This document shows positions 51,874-64,000 of a stretch of DNA of 64,000 nucleotides, in pieces. Location: contig JASVEC010000027.1 in NCBI GenBank assembly GCA_030770535.1, positions 62,001 through 126,000 on the forward strand, read 5' to 3'. The notes under the pieces were generated by a model, which did no database searches, was not told the origin of the DNA, and saw only the letters and a program-made list of their open reading frames with translations. Source of the DNA: Batkoa obscura (lineage: Eukaryota). The translations under genes were made by a program, and so were the position numbers. The stretch's first letter is position 1. Every line of letters starts with the position of its first letter.

Positions 51874-52858
51874 TTATTTTGAATCTTATTTTATTTTTTG
51901 TTACTATCTTCTCATTTAAATACCCCATATATTCACCATCTTTCAAGATAAAAAAGTGGTCATTATGATATAACTTTAATAAAATTTAAGGTTAAAGTTT
52001 AAGGTTTGTTCTTACAAGTTAAAGATCAGTTGGTCATTGTAGCGTAATCAGAGTTTATTTTCCAATGTTTTATCCTAATTTACTATATTTGTTCATAATA
52101 TGAATTTAAGAACGTATACTGTTTTTTATAGAGTTAATAAAGCACTTAAGTAAAAAATAAATTGTAATATACTATTTTAATACCATTTTTTAGCTTATTA
52201 TGATTAGTACTAGTTTTAAAATAGTCGAACATTTTTTTAGAATGATGGTTTTTTTGTAAAGCTTCTGTTACTACTTTGTTCTACCTCAATTTTAAAATCA
52301 AATATCTTTAGCACAATATTATTGTATTAATAATACAACAAATTATATCCATATATATAGGAAGGCTTAAGGTATATTGTAAAAAAATAAAATTGCATAT
52401 TTATTTTTCTAATCCTTACATTGACAAATACTTTTATTTAATGGGTAAATTAATAAATTAAAATTCAGTTTGTCAATGCAACATTATTTCATTGATTAAA
52501 CTACCAAATAACAATAAAAACTATTTTTGTACCTTTAGTACAAAATAGTGCATACTTTTTAAACTATAAATAAGGCTGAAGAATTACTAACATAATATAA
52601 CATTAGTAATGAGAAATAGTTTAAAATAATTTAACGGTAATATTTTGTATAAAAATATCCAGTCGCCTTCTGTTGAATATTGAATTGAAATTTACCGCAG
52701 TTTCAAACTCCTTAAATAGGTAATTCATCATAAACCTTAATTGAACTGTGGTCATGTCATGCTTTAAGCTTTTGAAAGAGTATATAAAGGAAACAGCATT
52801 GATTTTTATTTTTTATTTTTATGTAAAATATTCAAATTTAAAGAACGTTACGATTAAA

Positions 52859-54020
52859 ATGATTATGATTACCAAACTTATTATTTATCCTATTAAATCC
52901 TGTGCTGGACTTGAAATAGATGAGATTGAATTAGACAAGCGTAAGGATTGAATAAGAATTGTTAAATATAAAAGTATATTAACAATAACTAATTAGATGG
53001 TCTTAAGTTTGATAGACTATATACAATAATTGATGAGAATAATACCATAATTAGAGCTACCGAATATCCGAAAGTAAAAATAATGCAACTTTAATATCCA
53101 ATCCATTAATAATTTAAGTTATACAGCATAAAATCCAAATTAGTTAAAGATGATCATAATAATACTTTAATTAGAGTATATATGAAAGATGATGACAGCA
53201 ATAGTATCATTTTAAACCCAAACACGAAGTAAGTAAATTATGATATAAAAGCTAAAAATTAATAATATATAATACCTATTTAAATAGCGAATATGGTGAC
53301 GAGATTTATTTAGATTTTTATGAGGCTAAAAACATTCATGGGTATAAATTAAATGATAGAATCGATGACTGGTTTTCAAAAAATTTAGATATGAAAGTTA
53401 AACTAATTATTAAGGGAGACAAGGCCCGTCCAGTTGATTATGTCAACTTTGATAAGCAAGAATTTAAGGATACTCCTACAGAGGTAAGTATATCGTTATA
53501 TTTATGATAAAATTATAACATAAATGTAAATTATTAATCTATTCAGATTGCTTTTTCTAACAGATACCCAATATTAATGTTAAGTGAAGAATCTGTAAAA
53601 GAATTACAGAATAAATTACATGAAGAGAATAAAGATGTGAATGTAGATTATCGAAATTTTCGACCAAATATAGTGATTAAAGGAGTTGATGAACCGCATA
53701 AAGAGGATGATTTCTTAGTAGCAAATATTGATAATGATATAAAATTATATTTTGATCTTCCATGTGCCCGTTGTCCATTCCCTAATGTTAATCCAGATAC
53801 TGGTATTAAGCATACATTGGAACCCTCAAAGACATTGTCCACATATCGTCGAGCTTTTAAAAATATCAACAAATATAGATCCTTCTTTGGGATTAATGCT
53901 ATCCCATTGTCCTATGGTAAATAATAAATGATTGAAATTGTATATATCTGATTAATTTTTATAGGTAATATTAAAATTGGGCAGGGTATTGATGTTGAAT
54001 CTTGGTCAAAAAAGGACTGA
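52859..54020 (+). CDS. MOSC-domain (mARC/YcbX-like) molybdoenzyme, copy A (multi-exon)
   Basis: IYPIKSC (MOSC_N), DRLY, RNFRPNIVI, PCARCPFPNVNPDTG, FFGIN. Confidence 0.88.
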
Positions 54021-54433
54021 TTTGGGTTTTATAAAATAGTATCTTGAAGCTTCAAATAATTAGCTTTAAATATTGGTAACTTCTTTTAATAAATATTATG
54101 TACGGAAACATTGATATATTGTATAAATAATAAAAACTAAAATAGCAAAGGTAAACATAAAAGAAAGGGACTATGAATAAATTTATTGATTTTGATGGTT
54201 TAAAAAGATTACATTGGAAATTAATTTCACTTTTCTTTTACTTTTTACTTTTGAAAATACTTATATTATTTAATTTGGTCAATATACTTAGATAAATGAC
54301 AAGGACAAAAGGATACATTATGTTCAAAATCTATAAGTGATTGATTGATTATTTATACACTCGTATTACACTAATATATTGAGCTGATGAAGTCGTATTC
54401 AAATATAAAATTTATTATAATAAGTAAAGTTTA

Positions 54434-55980
54434 TTAAAGTCTTGGTTTAAAAGCTATATCTACACCAGCTTGTCCAAAAAACCACTAGAATTAAACTTAG
54501 GGGCTTCCCAATGTTTACAATTAGGACCTAGATGGATAGTATATTTTTGCAATAACACTGAGAGTATGACTCTCTGTTCAATTAAAGAAAAGCTTAATCC
54601 AATGCCTAAAAACCCAATTAATATTTATATTTATAGTAACATTTAAAATCATACATGTTCTTGTTCCCATGTCAAATGGTATCCACATAGTTGATTTAAT
54701 GCTGCGAGGGTCTTTAAATCTATCCGGATTAAATTCTTTGGGCTCTGGGAGATTTCAGGGTTTTGAGGATGAAGGTATATAGGCAATGTAACTATGTACC
54801 CCTTTTTAACTTGTGTATCATTACTTAAAGCTATACTTTTAGTAGCACATTCCCTTACTAAAGTTACATTTGGAGGTATACGCATACTCTCTCTAATGAC
54901 ACAGCTAATATACTTTAACTCTTTTTGTTGATCATTAATTGGAGCTTTAATTTCACTTGAATCTCCTAAAACGTTTAAGACTTCTTGGTGAGCTTTGTTT
55001 TAAATATCCTAAAAAAATCAAATATCTATATAATTTAGAACAAACATTATTTACTTGATGTTTAGCTAAATAATATAGTGTTGAGGTAAGTGTACTGGCA
55101 GTAGTACCTGATCAGAAACAAAAAAAACAGTCAGGTCATTTAAAGTTTCTTCATTAGTTAGACCATCTACATCATTTTCTATAGAATCACGAATCACCAA
55201 AGAAACAATATCATCTTTTACTAGACCTAATTTGATTTTCTTTCGTTTACCATTGATAATCCCTTCTAAGAAAACTTTAAAACGTTGCCCTTGCTGATGA
55301 GCATGCTTATACGAATCTATAAACTTGGGCGCAAAGGAGCCAAAGAAAGGGAATGTAAAGAAAACGGGATTAAAAGCACCAGAAATAGTTTCTTTATAAT
55401 AGAGTAGATTTTCATCTTTATAACTATTCTTTAGAGCAAAAGAGTTACAGCTAAATAACTCACGGCCTAAAACATCTAGAGCCAGTTGCTGCAGCATATT
55501 ATTTATATCTGTAAGCACCCCATTTTAAGATTCGATTTTATCAATAAGTTCATACCCACTTTTAGTAAAAACCTTTGTATCCCAAGACTTTTTAAAAGTT
55601 AGGGTTAACTGATTTACGATGGTATCTCCATTTTGCTTTATTTGATAAAACAACATTTGATTTACCAAAGAGTTTGTATCTTAATTGCCCAAAACCAACT
55701 TAGTTTACTAGATTTTTATGAAAAACAAAAGCATCTATCACAACTTCTTTAATCATTTTATAATGAGTTATTACCAAATGGTAATATTTTATATCTTTAT
55801 ATATCGTCTACTATTTCTATTAGTTTTATGAGCTAATGAATTTTTAAGTTGAAATGACTTTATCCGAAAAACACATATATATTTGTATAAAGCTGATAAG
55901 ATCAAAGCGAAAGCTTTTCAATATAAATTCTGGACTGGAAGCCAATATCATTATTTTTTAAAATTCAATAGCTAAGTCAT
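54434..55980 (-). pseudogene. Cytochrome P450 pseudogene
   Basis: LALDVLG, ExxR (IRESMRIPP), PKEFNPDRF and heme motif PFDMGTRTC, but in-frame stops (e.g. TAA near 55527, ATG-ACT-TAG at the start), frameshifts and a corrupted I-helix. Confidence 0.8.
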
Positions 55981-57021
55981 TGTGGTTTATTAGTAAAATA
56001 GAAAATTCAATTTAATCTGAGGAAAAAGAATAATAGCATTAATTAAAAGCCTAGCTAAAACAAATTGTTTTTTCCAGTTTGAATTCGATTTAAAGTTGTA
56101 ATTTTTGGGTCAACCTGAGTTTGGGTTAAAGCTAAATAAGTCAACTTATAACAAAGCTATACAAACATGAGCAAGGTAATGAAATGGAAAAGCTTCTATT
56201 AATCTATTCTTTGGTATGTCTTTGCTTAATACTCAAACTAATCTAAGGTGTAAGAAAAAAGATAGGATTTTTTTAAAGATTTGTGTTAAAGACTCTCTTT
56301 TATAATATAATAAGACCTTGAAAGTAACCCAAATTCAAGTCAAAGTATTTCATATAGGAACGTCTTTTTGTGTAGTGCTATTTTATCCTTTTTTCTGCAG
56401 CATAAACTTTCGAAAAATTAATAACGATTGAAAAAGCATTCACATTCAACTTTTTATAACGCTTTTGCTAAGCTATTAAGCAATGGGGGTTTTTATATTT
56501 TACATTTTAGTATGACATAAAACCTATTATATTAAATTATAAATTATACAAAAGTACTAGTAATTCAATATTATATTAAATATATATTTAAATTTATTAT
56601 AAGCTTAATAAAATATGAGTTTGAAGAAATGGATTAATTTCAATTCAAGGTTTAACTACTCTCCAGTTTTAATTGATTGCAAAGTTCAAATTTGAGTGTA
56701 GATGCTAAGGAAATTCTCATTTTTTTGATAAAGTTGAAATTGGGAATAGAATAGTGGAGTTTTCAAACTAAATTGAGTTGTAGGTTTTAGTTGTTATTTT
56801 GATTATTTATAATTTTTATAAATATTTGTCCAGATTTTGATATTCGAAAAAAACTGTTTCTAGTTTCAAAATGCTTGGTAATATAGATTTGGATTAATCT
56901 TTATTATAAAATGATAATGTTGTGCTTTAAGCCTTATAAAAGAAGTATTTAGGGGAAGTTATAATCACCATTTGTTTTATTAAAATAATCTACATCATAC
57001 TGAAATTGTGTTTCAATTTAA

Positions 57022-58041
57022 ATGATTAAAAGTTCGAAACTCAGTATTTATCCCATCAAATTTTGTGTTGGTGAAGTAGATGAGACTGAAGTACAAAAAA
57101 GTAAGGATTAAACAAGTGCCTTTCTATGTGAGCGTATAATAACTATTACTTAAAATTATTGTAGACGGCGTTAGGCATGATAAGTTATATAACTTAATTA
57201 ATGAGAATAAAAATATTATATTAGTTATTAATTATCTAAAAGTAATCACACTATTTTAGACCCAAACATAACATAACATAAACATTGCATAGTGCAATAA
57301 TATGATAATAATATATTCTATATAGTGAATATGGTGAAGAGATTTATATAGATCTCTATGCATCTTTAAACATATATTTATATAAAATAAATAATGAAGC
57401 TAATAATTGGTTTTCAAAATACTTAGGGATGAAGGGGAGTTTAGTTATGAAAGGAGAAAAATCTTGTCTAATTAAATGTATTAACTTTGATAAACAGATA
57501 TATAAAATGTTTTTATTTGATAAAACACATTTTTATTATTAATATCATTATACTAATAGATTCGGATTGCTTTTTCTAACAAATGCCCAATATTGATGTT
57601 AAATGAAGAATATGTAAAGGATTTACAAAATAAATTGCATGAAGAAAACAAAGACGTAGATACAGATTATTATAATTTTCAACCAAACATAGTGATTAAG
57701 GGAGTTGATAAACCACATAAACAAGACAATTTTTAGTAGCATGTATTAGTAATAATATAAAATCATGTATTGATATTTCATGTGCCCATTGTCCTTATCT
57801 TAATGTTAACCTAGATACCGGTATTATGCATGAACAAGAACCTACCAAAATTATGTCCAAATATTGTCAAGGTTTTCAAAATAGTGGTAAATATAGATCT
57901 TTGTTTGGAGTTAGTATTATCCCTTTTCTTATGGCAAATAATATTGATTTAAATTTTGTTATATACTTTAGTTGTTTTTATATAATTAACCTTAAAATTG
58001 GACAAAACATTAGTATTGAGTCTTGTTCAAAAAAGAACTAG
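57022..58041 (+). pseudogene. MOSC pseudogene (copy B, most similar to copy A)
   Basis: MIKSSKLSIYPIKFC..., YNFQPNIVIKGVDKPH, SCAHCPYLNVNLDTG; frameshift near 57730 and an apparently missing internal exon. Confidence 0.8.
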
Positions 58042-58479
58042 TCTAAATTTTATATAAAATAAACTTTTGAAATTTCAAATAAATTATTACTAAACATTAG
58101 TAATCTTTATTTTTTAAGATGTTATATATGGAATACATTCGCTTTTTTTATTGATAAAAAATAAAAGTGTAAGATATAAATGAAACAGATAATTAAAGAA
58201 GAGAAAAACATCAATTTAAGTGATATAAAATACCGGTTTATTATGTAATTTATTAATAATATTTGGTATGATTTAATTAAAAATTTGTTAATAAACAACT
58301 TTAAAGTGATTTGGTGCTAAGGAAATAAACAAATATATATTATTAACTTTTTAAATAACGTCAAATAAATTGAATTTCATACTTTATGAACAAAATGAAA
58401 GATAACAAAATGCATTTATTCTCTAAAAGTATATATAAATAATAAAAAAGGACTAAAAACAAGATATCTTAAATTTAAA

Positions 58480-59616
58480 ATGATAACTATCACCAAACTA
58501 ATTATTTATCCCATCAAATCCTGTGCTGGTATTGAAGTAGAAGAAGCTAATTTAATAAAAAGTAACAATATATAAATAAAAATTAGAGTAAAACGTAATT
58601 CATTTTATAATTAGGTGGTTTACAATATGACCGTTTATTTACTATAGTTGATAATGAAGATAAAATTATTACTGCAAGAACACATCCAAAAGTAAATATT
58701 GTTAAGTATCAGTAATAAAATTAACTCAATATTGTTAGTTAGTTACTATCCATCCCTCCTTTATTAGAAAAGATAATAAACAATATCTTAAAGTAGTAAC
58801 ATTAGAAAATAAAGATAATGAGCTGTTGATTGACCTTGATGACTAGTAATTGATATAAAAATGATAAATGATATGTATTAAATGTATTAAAAGTGACCCA
58901 AAAGGTAGTGATGAAGTAAGTTTAGATTTGTGGGAAAGTAAAGGTATTCAAGGGTACAAATTGAATGAAAAAACAAACACTTGGTTTTCAACTTATTTAA
59001 ATGAACCTGTTTCTTTAGTTAGAAAAGGAAGTAAATCACGTCCAGTAATTGATTTTTATTTACAAAAATCAGGCTTATCAGATGTAAATAGTGAGGTAAC
59101 TATAAAACACTTAATTGAAAATTATTGATTTAATATATAACTTTCTAAGACTTCTTTTGTGGATTGTTTTCCATTATTAATTATAAGTGAAGAATCAGTT
59201 TTTAAATTAAAAGATCAGTTGCCTAAAGATAGCGGCATAAATGTAGATTATCGTAATTTCAGACCAAATATATTAATTAAAGGGGTAACTTCAGCAAATA
59301 AAGAAGATGAGTTCTCATTAATTAGTATTAATGATAATATCAAAATACATTGTGACATTCCATGTGAACGTTGTTCATTACCTAATGTCAATCCAGATAC
59401 TGGTATTAAACATTCATTAGAGCCTTCAAAGACATTATCAAAATATCGCAGAACTTTCAAAGATATTAATAAATATAAAAGCTTTTTTGGAATCAGTGGT
59501 ATTCCACTTTCTCATGGTAAATAATAATAATATTTAATATTTAATATTTAATACTTTACTTAGGCAATCTTAAAATTGGTCAAGATATTATTGTTGAATC
59601 TTGGTTATTAAAATAA
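58480..59616 (+). CDS. MOSC-domain protein, copy C
   Basis: IYPIKSC, QYDRLF, RNFRPNILI, PCERCSLPNVNPDTG. Confidence 0.88.
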
Positions 59617-62251
59617 TAATCAAATAGTTTTTAAAGTGTAGCTTTGAATTTTTAATAGGACTATTATTTATTAATAATCTCTATTTTATTTTTAAATATT
59701 ATCATATAAAAATATGTTCGCTTTTTTATTAATAATAAAATTAAAAGCAAGAATTATTAATAAAATTCAAGGAGAATTAAGGAGAGAAAAACACCACTTT
59801 AAATGATATAAAGTATAGGCATATTATATAATTTATCGATAGTACTTAATATACTTTAATTAAAATTTAAAATTTAATTAAGTTTAATAGTGTCTTAATT
59901 CCAATATAATATATCAATTGGAATTTATATAAAGTTTACAAAAATCACAAAACAACTCAAACTTCATATTTTAATATTAAATTTAGTGAATGACGAAATG
60001 TATTTATTCTTTTTTTGAAAAGTATAAAAGCTTAAAAAACATCTTAAAGTTTTATTCTTTAATTTAAAATGATAACCATCTCTAAATTAATTATTTATCC
60101 CATCAAATCCTGTGCTGGTATTGAAGTAGAAGAAGCTAATTTAATAAAAAGTAATAAGAAACTAATTTAACTTTTATTTCATATTTATTTCGTCCTTTGT
60201 TTAGATGGTTTACAATATGACCGTTTATTTACTATAGTTGATAATGAAGATAAAATTATTACTGCAAGAACACATCCAAAAGTAAATATTGTTAAGTATC
60301 AGTAATAAAATTAACTCAATATTGTTAGTTAGTTACTATCCATCCCTCCTTTATTAGAAAAGATAATAAACAATATCTTAAAGTAGTAACATTAGAAAAT
60401 AAAGATAATGAGCTGTTGATTGACCTTGATGACTAGTAATTGATATAAAAATGATAAATGATATGTATTAAATGTATTAAAAGTGACCCAAAAGGTAGTG
60501 ATGAAGTAAGTTTAGATTTGTGGGAAAGTAAAGGTATTCAAGGGTACAAATTGAATGAAAAAACAAACACTTGGTTTTCAACTTATTTAAATGAACCTGT
60601 TTCTTTAGTTAGAAAAGGAAGTAAATCACGTCCAGTAATTGATTTTTATTTACAAAAATCAGGCTTATCAGATGTAAATAGTGAGGTAACTATAAAACAC
60701 TTAATTGAAAATTATTGATTTAATATATAACTTTCTAAGACTTCTTTTGTGGATTGTTTTCCATTATTAATTATAAGTGAAGAATCAGTTTTTAAATTAA
60801 AAGATCAGTTGCCTAAAGATAGCGGCATAAATGTAGATTATCGTAATTTCAGACCAAATATATTAATTAAAGGGGTAACTTCAGCAAATAAAGAAGATGA
60901 GTTCTCATTAATTAGTATTAATGATAATATCAAAATACATTGTGACATTCCATGTGAACGTTGTTCATTACCTAATGTCAATCCAGATACTGGTATTAAA
61001 CATTCATTAGAGCCTTCAAAGACATTATCAAAATATCGCAGAACTTTCAAAGATATTAATAAATATAAAAGCTTTTTTGGAATCAGTGGTATTCCACTTT
61101 CTCATGGTAAATAATAATAATATTTAATATTTAATATTTAATACTTTACTTAGGCAATCTTAAAATTGGTCAAGATATTATTGTTGAATCTTGGTTATTA
61201 AAATAATAATCAAATAGTTTTTAAAGTGTAGCTTTGAATTTTTAATAGGACTATTATTTATTAATAATCTCTATTTTATTTTTAAATATTATCATATAAA
61301 AATATGTTCGCTTTTTTATTAATAATAAAATTAAAAGCAAGAATTATTAATAAAATTCAAGGAGAATTAAGGAGAGAAAAACACCACTTTAAATGATATA
61401 AAGTATAGGCATATTATATAATTTATCGATAGTACTTAATATACTTTAATTAAAATTTAAAATTTAATTAAGTTTAATAGTGTCTTAATTCCAATATAAT
61501 ATATCAATTGGAATTTATATAAAGTTTACAAAAATCACAAAACAACTCAAACTTCATATTTTAATATTAAATTTAGTGAATGACGAAATGTATTTATTCT
61601 TTTTTTGAAAAGTATAAAAGCTTAAAAAACATCTTAAAGTTTTATTCTTTAATTTAAAATGATAACCATCTCTAAATTAATTATTTATCCCATCAAATCC
61701 TGTGCTGGTATTGAAGTAGAAGAAGCTAATTTAATAAAAAGTAATAAGAAACTAATTTAACTTTTATTTCATATTTATTTCGTCCTTTGTTTAGATGGTT
61801 TACAATATGACCGTTTATTTACTATAGTTGATAATGAAGATAAAATTATTACTGCAAGAACACATCCAAAAGTAAATATTGTTAAGTATCAGTAATAAAA
61901 TTAACTCAATATTGTTAGTTAGTTACTATCCATCCCTCCTTTATTAGAAAAGATAATAAACAATATCTTAAAGTAGTAACATTAGAAAATAAAGATAATG
62001 AGCTGTTGATTGACCTTGATGACTAGTAATTGATATAAAAATGATAAATGATATGTATTAAATGTATTAAAAGTGACCCAAAAGGTAGTGATGAAGTAAG
62101 TTTAGATTTGTGGGAAAGTAAAGGTATTCAAGGGTACAAATTGAATGAAAAAACAAACACTTGGTTTTCAACTTATTTAAATGAACCTGTTTCTTTAGTT
62201 AGAAAAGGAAGTAAATCACGTCCAGTAATTGATTTTTATTTACAAAAATCA
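58616..62251 (+). repeat. Tandem duplication, period 1590 bp (~2.3 units), apparently identical
   Basis: 58616-60661 matches 60206-62251, including introns and intergenic DNA. Confidence 0.9.
60069..61206 (+). CDS. MOSC-domain protein, copy D (chimera of E 5' end and C 3' end)
   Basis: Exon 1 and intron 1 match copy E; the remainder matches copy C. Confidence 0.85.
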
Positions 62252-62805
62252 AACTTATCAGATGTAAATAGTGAGGTAAATTAGTAATAATAGTAGTACT
62301 TAATATTAATGTTAATACTTTATTTTCCAAGACTTCCTTTGCAGATGGTTTTCCATTATTAATTATAAGTGAAGAATCAGTTTTTGAACTAAAAGATCAG
62401 TTGCCTAAAGATAGCGGCATAAATGTAGATTATCGTAATTTCAGACCAAATATATTAATTAAAGGGGTAACTTCAGCAAATAAAGAAGATGAGTTCTCAT
62501 TAATTAGTATTAATGATAATATCAAAATACATTGTGACATTCCATGCGCACGTTGTTCATTACCTAATGTCAATCCAGATACTGGCATTAAACATTCATT
62601 AGAGCCTTCAAAGACATTATCAAAATATCGCAGAACTTTCAAAGATATTAATAAATATAAAAGCTTTTTTGGAATCAATGCTATTCCACTTTCTCATGGT
62701 AAATAATAATAATATTTAATATTTAATATTTGATATTTAATACTTTACTTAGGTAATCTTAAAATTGGTCAAACAATCCATGTTGACTCATTATTAATCA
62801 AATAA
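61659..62805 (+). CDS. MOSC-domain protein, copy E
   Basis: IYPIKSC, FADGFP, RNFRPNILI, PCARCSLPNVNPDTG. Confidence 0.88.
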
Positions 62806-62823
62806 ATATAATAAAAATAAAAT

Positions 62824-64000
62824 TTATTTTTGTATTAACAAATCTTTTGATTCAATTTGCTCTACAATTAAGGTATCTGGTGAACTAGCTTCCGAGTTAA
62901 TATTTAAAGGTATATTACTATGAGCCATATGGTCATTAGTATTATGTTTGTTAGATAACTTAATATAACCAAAGAACAATAAACCAATCAAAGTGATTAC
63001 AGATAACCAAATGGGTACCCAATAAACATCTGGGAAGATCTTTAAACCAAAGATAAAATTGATCATTGCTAAAGTGTAAGTAAAACGACCTAAATACCAA
63101 TGTAATTTATCATACCAGGGTATTTCACTACGATTATTATCATATAATTTATCAATAACAAAACCTAAAGTTAATTGTATAAAGAACAATAATGTAACTA
63201 AATAACCTAAAAACTAAAAAAAATAGATGTTAGTTTTACTTTCTTATTATAATTAAATTAAATCAACTTACTGAATGTGGATCATTAATAACAAATCCAG
63301 TATGCATATTCATTAATACAATAGCTAAAATTGAAAACAATAAAGTAAATGAAAAGCACATTATATGACAACGGAACCACCACACACCCAATTGACTTTT
63401 ATAAAATTTAGCAATTGCTATAGCTATTGGTGGTAATACAATCCAGGCAATAAACATAAAGAAACCATGTAATAAAATTAAAGTTGGCATTGAGTTGTCT
63501 TCTTCTTCTTCTTCTTCTTCTGAAAGATGAGTATGATCTAATTCTTCCCCTTCTTTTTCCAATTCAGAAGATAAGATAAGATCAAACGTTCCCTTCTCTT
63601 GTTTTGAATTATTGTTATCTTTTAGATTATATTTATACTCTAAAGTTAAAGGAGCTGCTTCTCTTTCAACTTTTCCTTCTAAATCTTGGGTTTGATTTGA
63701 TTGTAAATCATTTAATAATAATTGGTAATAGTAAGTATGATTTTTAAATAGTTGGATAACATTATCTAATCTTAATTTTTGAGAAGTTGGATTAGATTGT
63801 AAATAAATGGTATGATTTGTAGAAGGAGAGAGCTTAGGTTCAATAAACTACAAAAAGAAGGTGAGGTTAATATTTGTTATTTAATATTTAAGACAAAATT
63901 TTACTATCTTTTGAGTTTCAAGCTGACATTCGAAGTAACTAAAAGAAGAAGCATTATTAACATATTGTTGTACTATATAAATATTGATATCAACTTACCT
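62824..64000 (-). CDS. Cytochrome b561-domain membrane protein (5' part outside the window)
   Basis: LHGFFMFIAW, WWFRCH, DPHS, IQLTLG, DKLHWYLGR: four conserved His of the fungal b561 (DOMON-associated type) domain. Confidence 0.8.

Overview
AT-rich, intron-rich eukaryotic DNA with short (~45-60 nt) GT-AG introns. It is clearly fungal (myosin-motor chitin synthase, TOK channels, fungal TF middle-homology regions). The gene style suggests an early-diverging fungus such as Entomophthoromycotina/Conidiobolus-like, which is inference only. Housekeeping genes (FIS1, class V chitin synthase, eIF3b, RPL17) are interspersed with locally duplicated families: two inverted HSDL2-like SDRs, two convergent fungal-TF-like paralogs, three TOK K+ channels, and five MOSC/mARC copies with a P450 pseudogene. 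Several small inverted-repeat (MITE-like) elements are also present. The most striking observation is the intronless gene at 8531-9208. Its C-terminal ~140 aa resemble the cyanobacterial nuclease A inhibitor NuiA (recalled key residues conserved), it carries a mitochondrial presequence-like N-terminus, and it is bracketed by two inverted MITE copies. It is a candidate fungal inhibitor of mitochondrial EndoG/Nuc1-type nucleases. All family assignments are by eye from recalled motifs; no searches were run.
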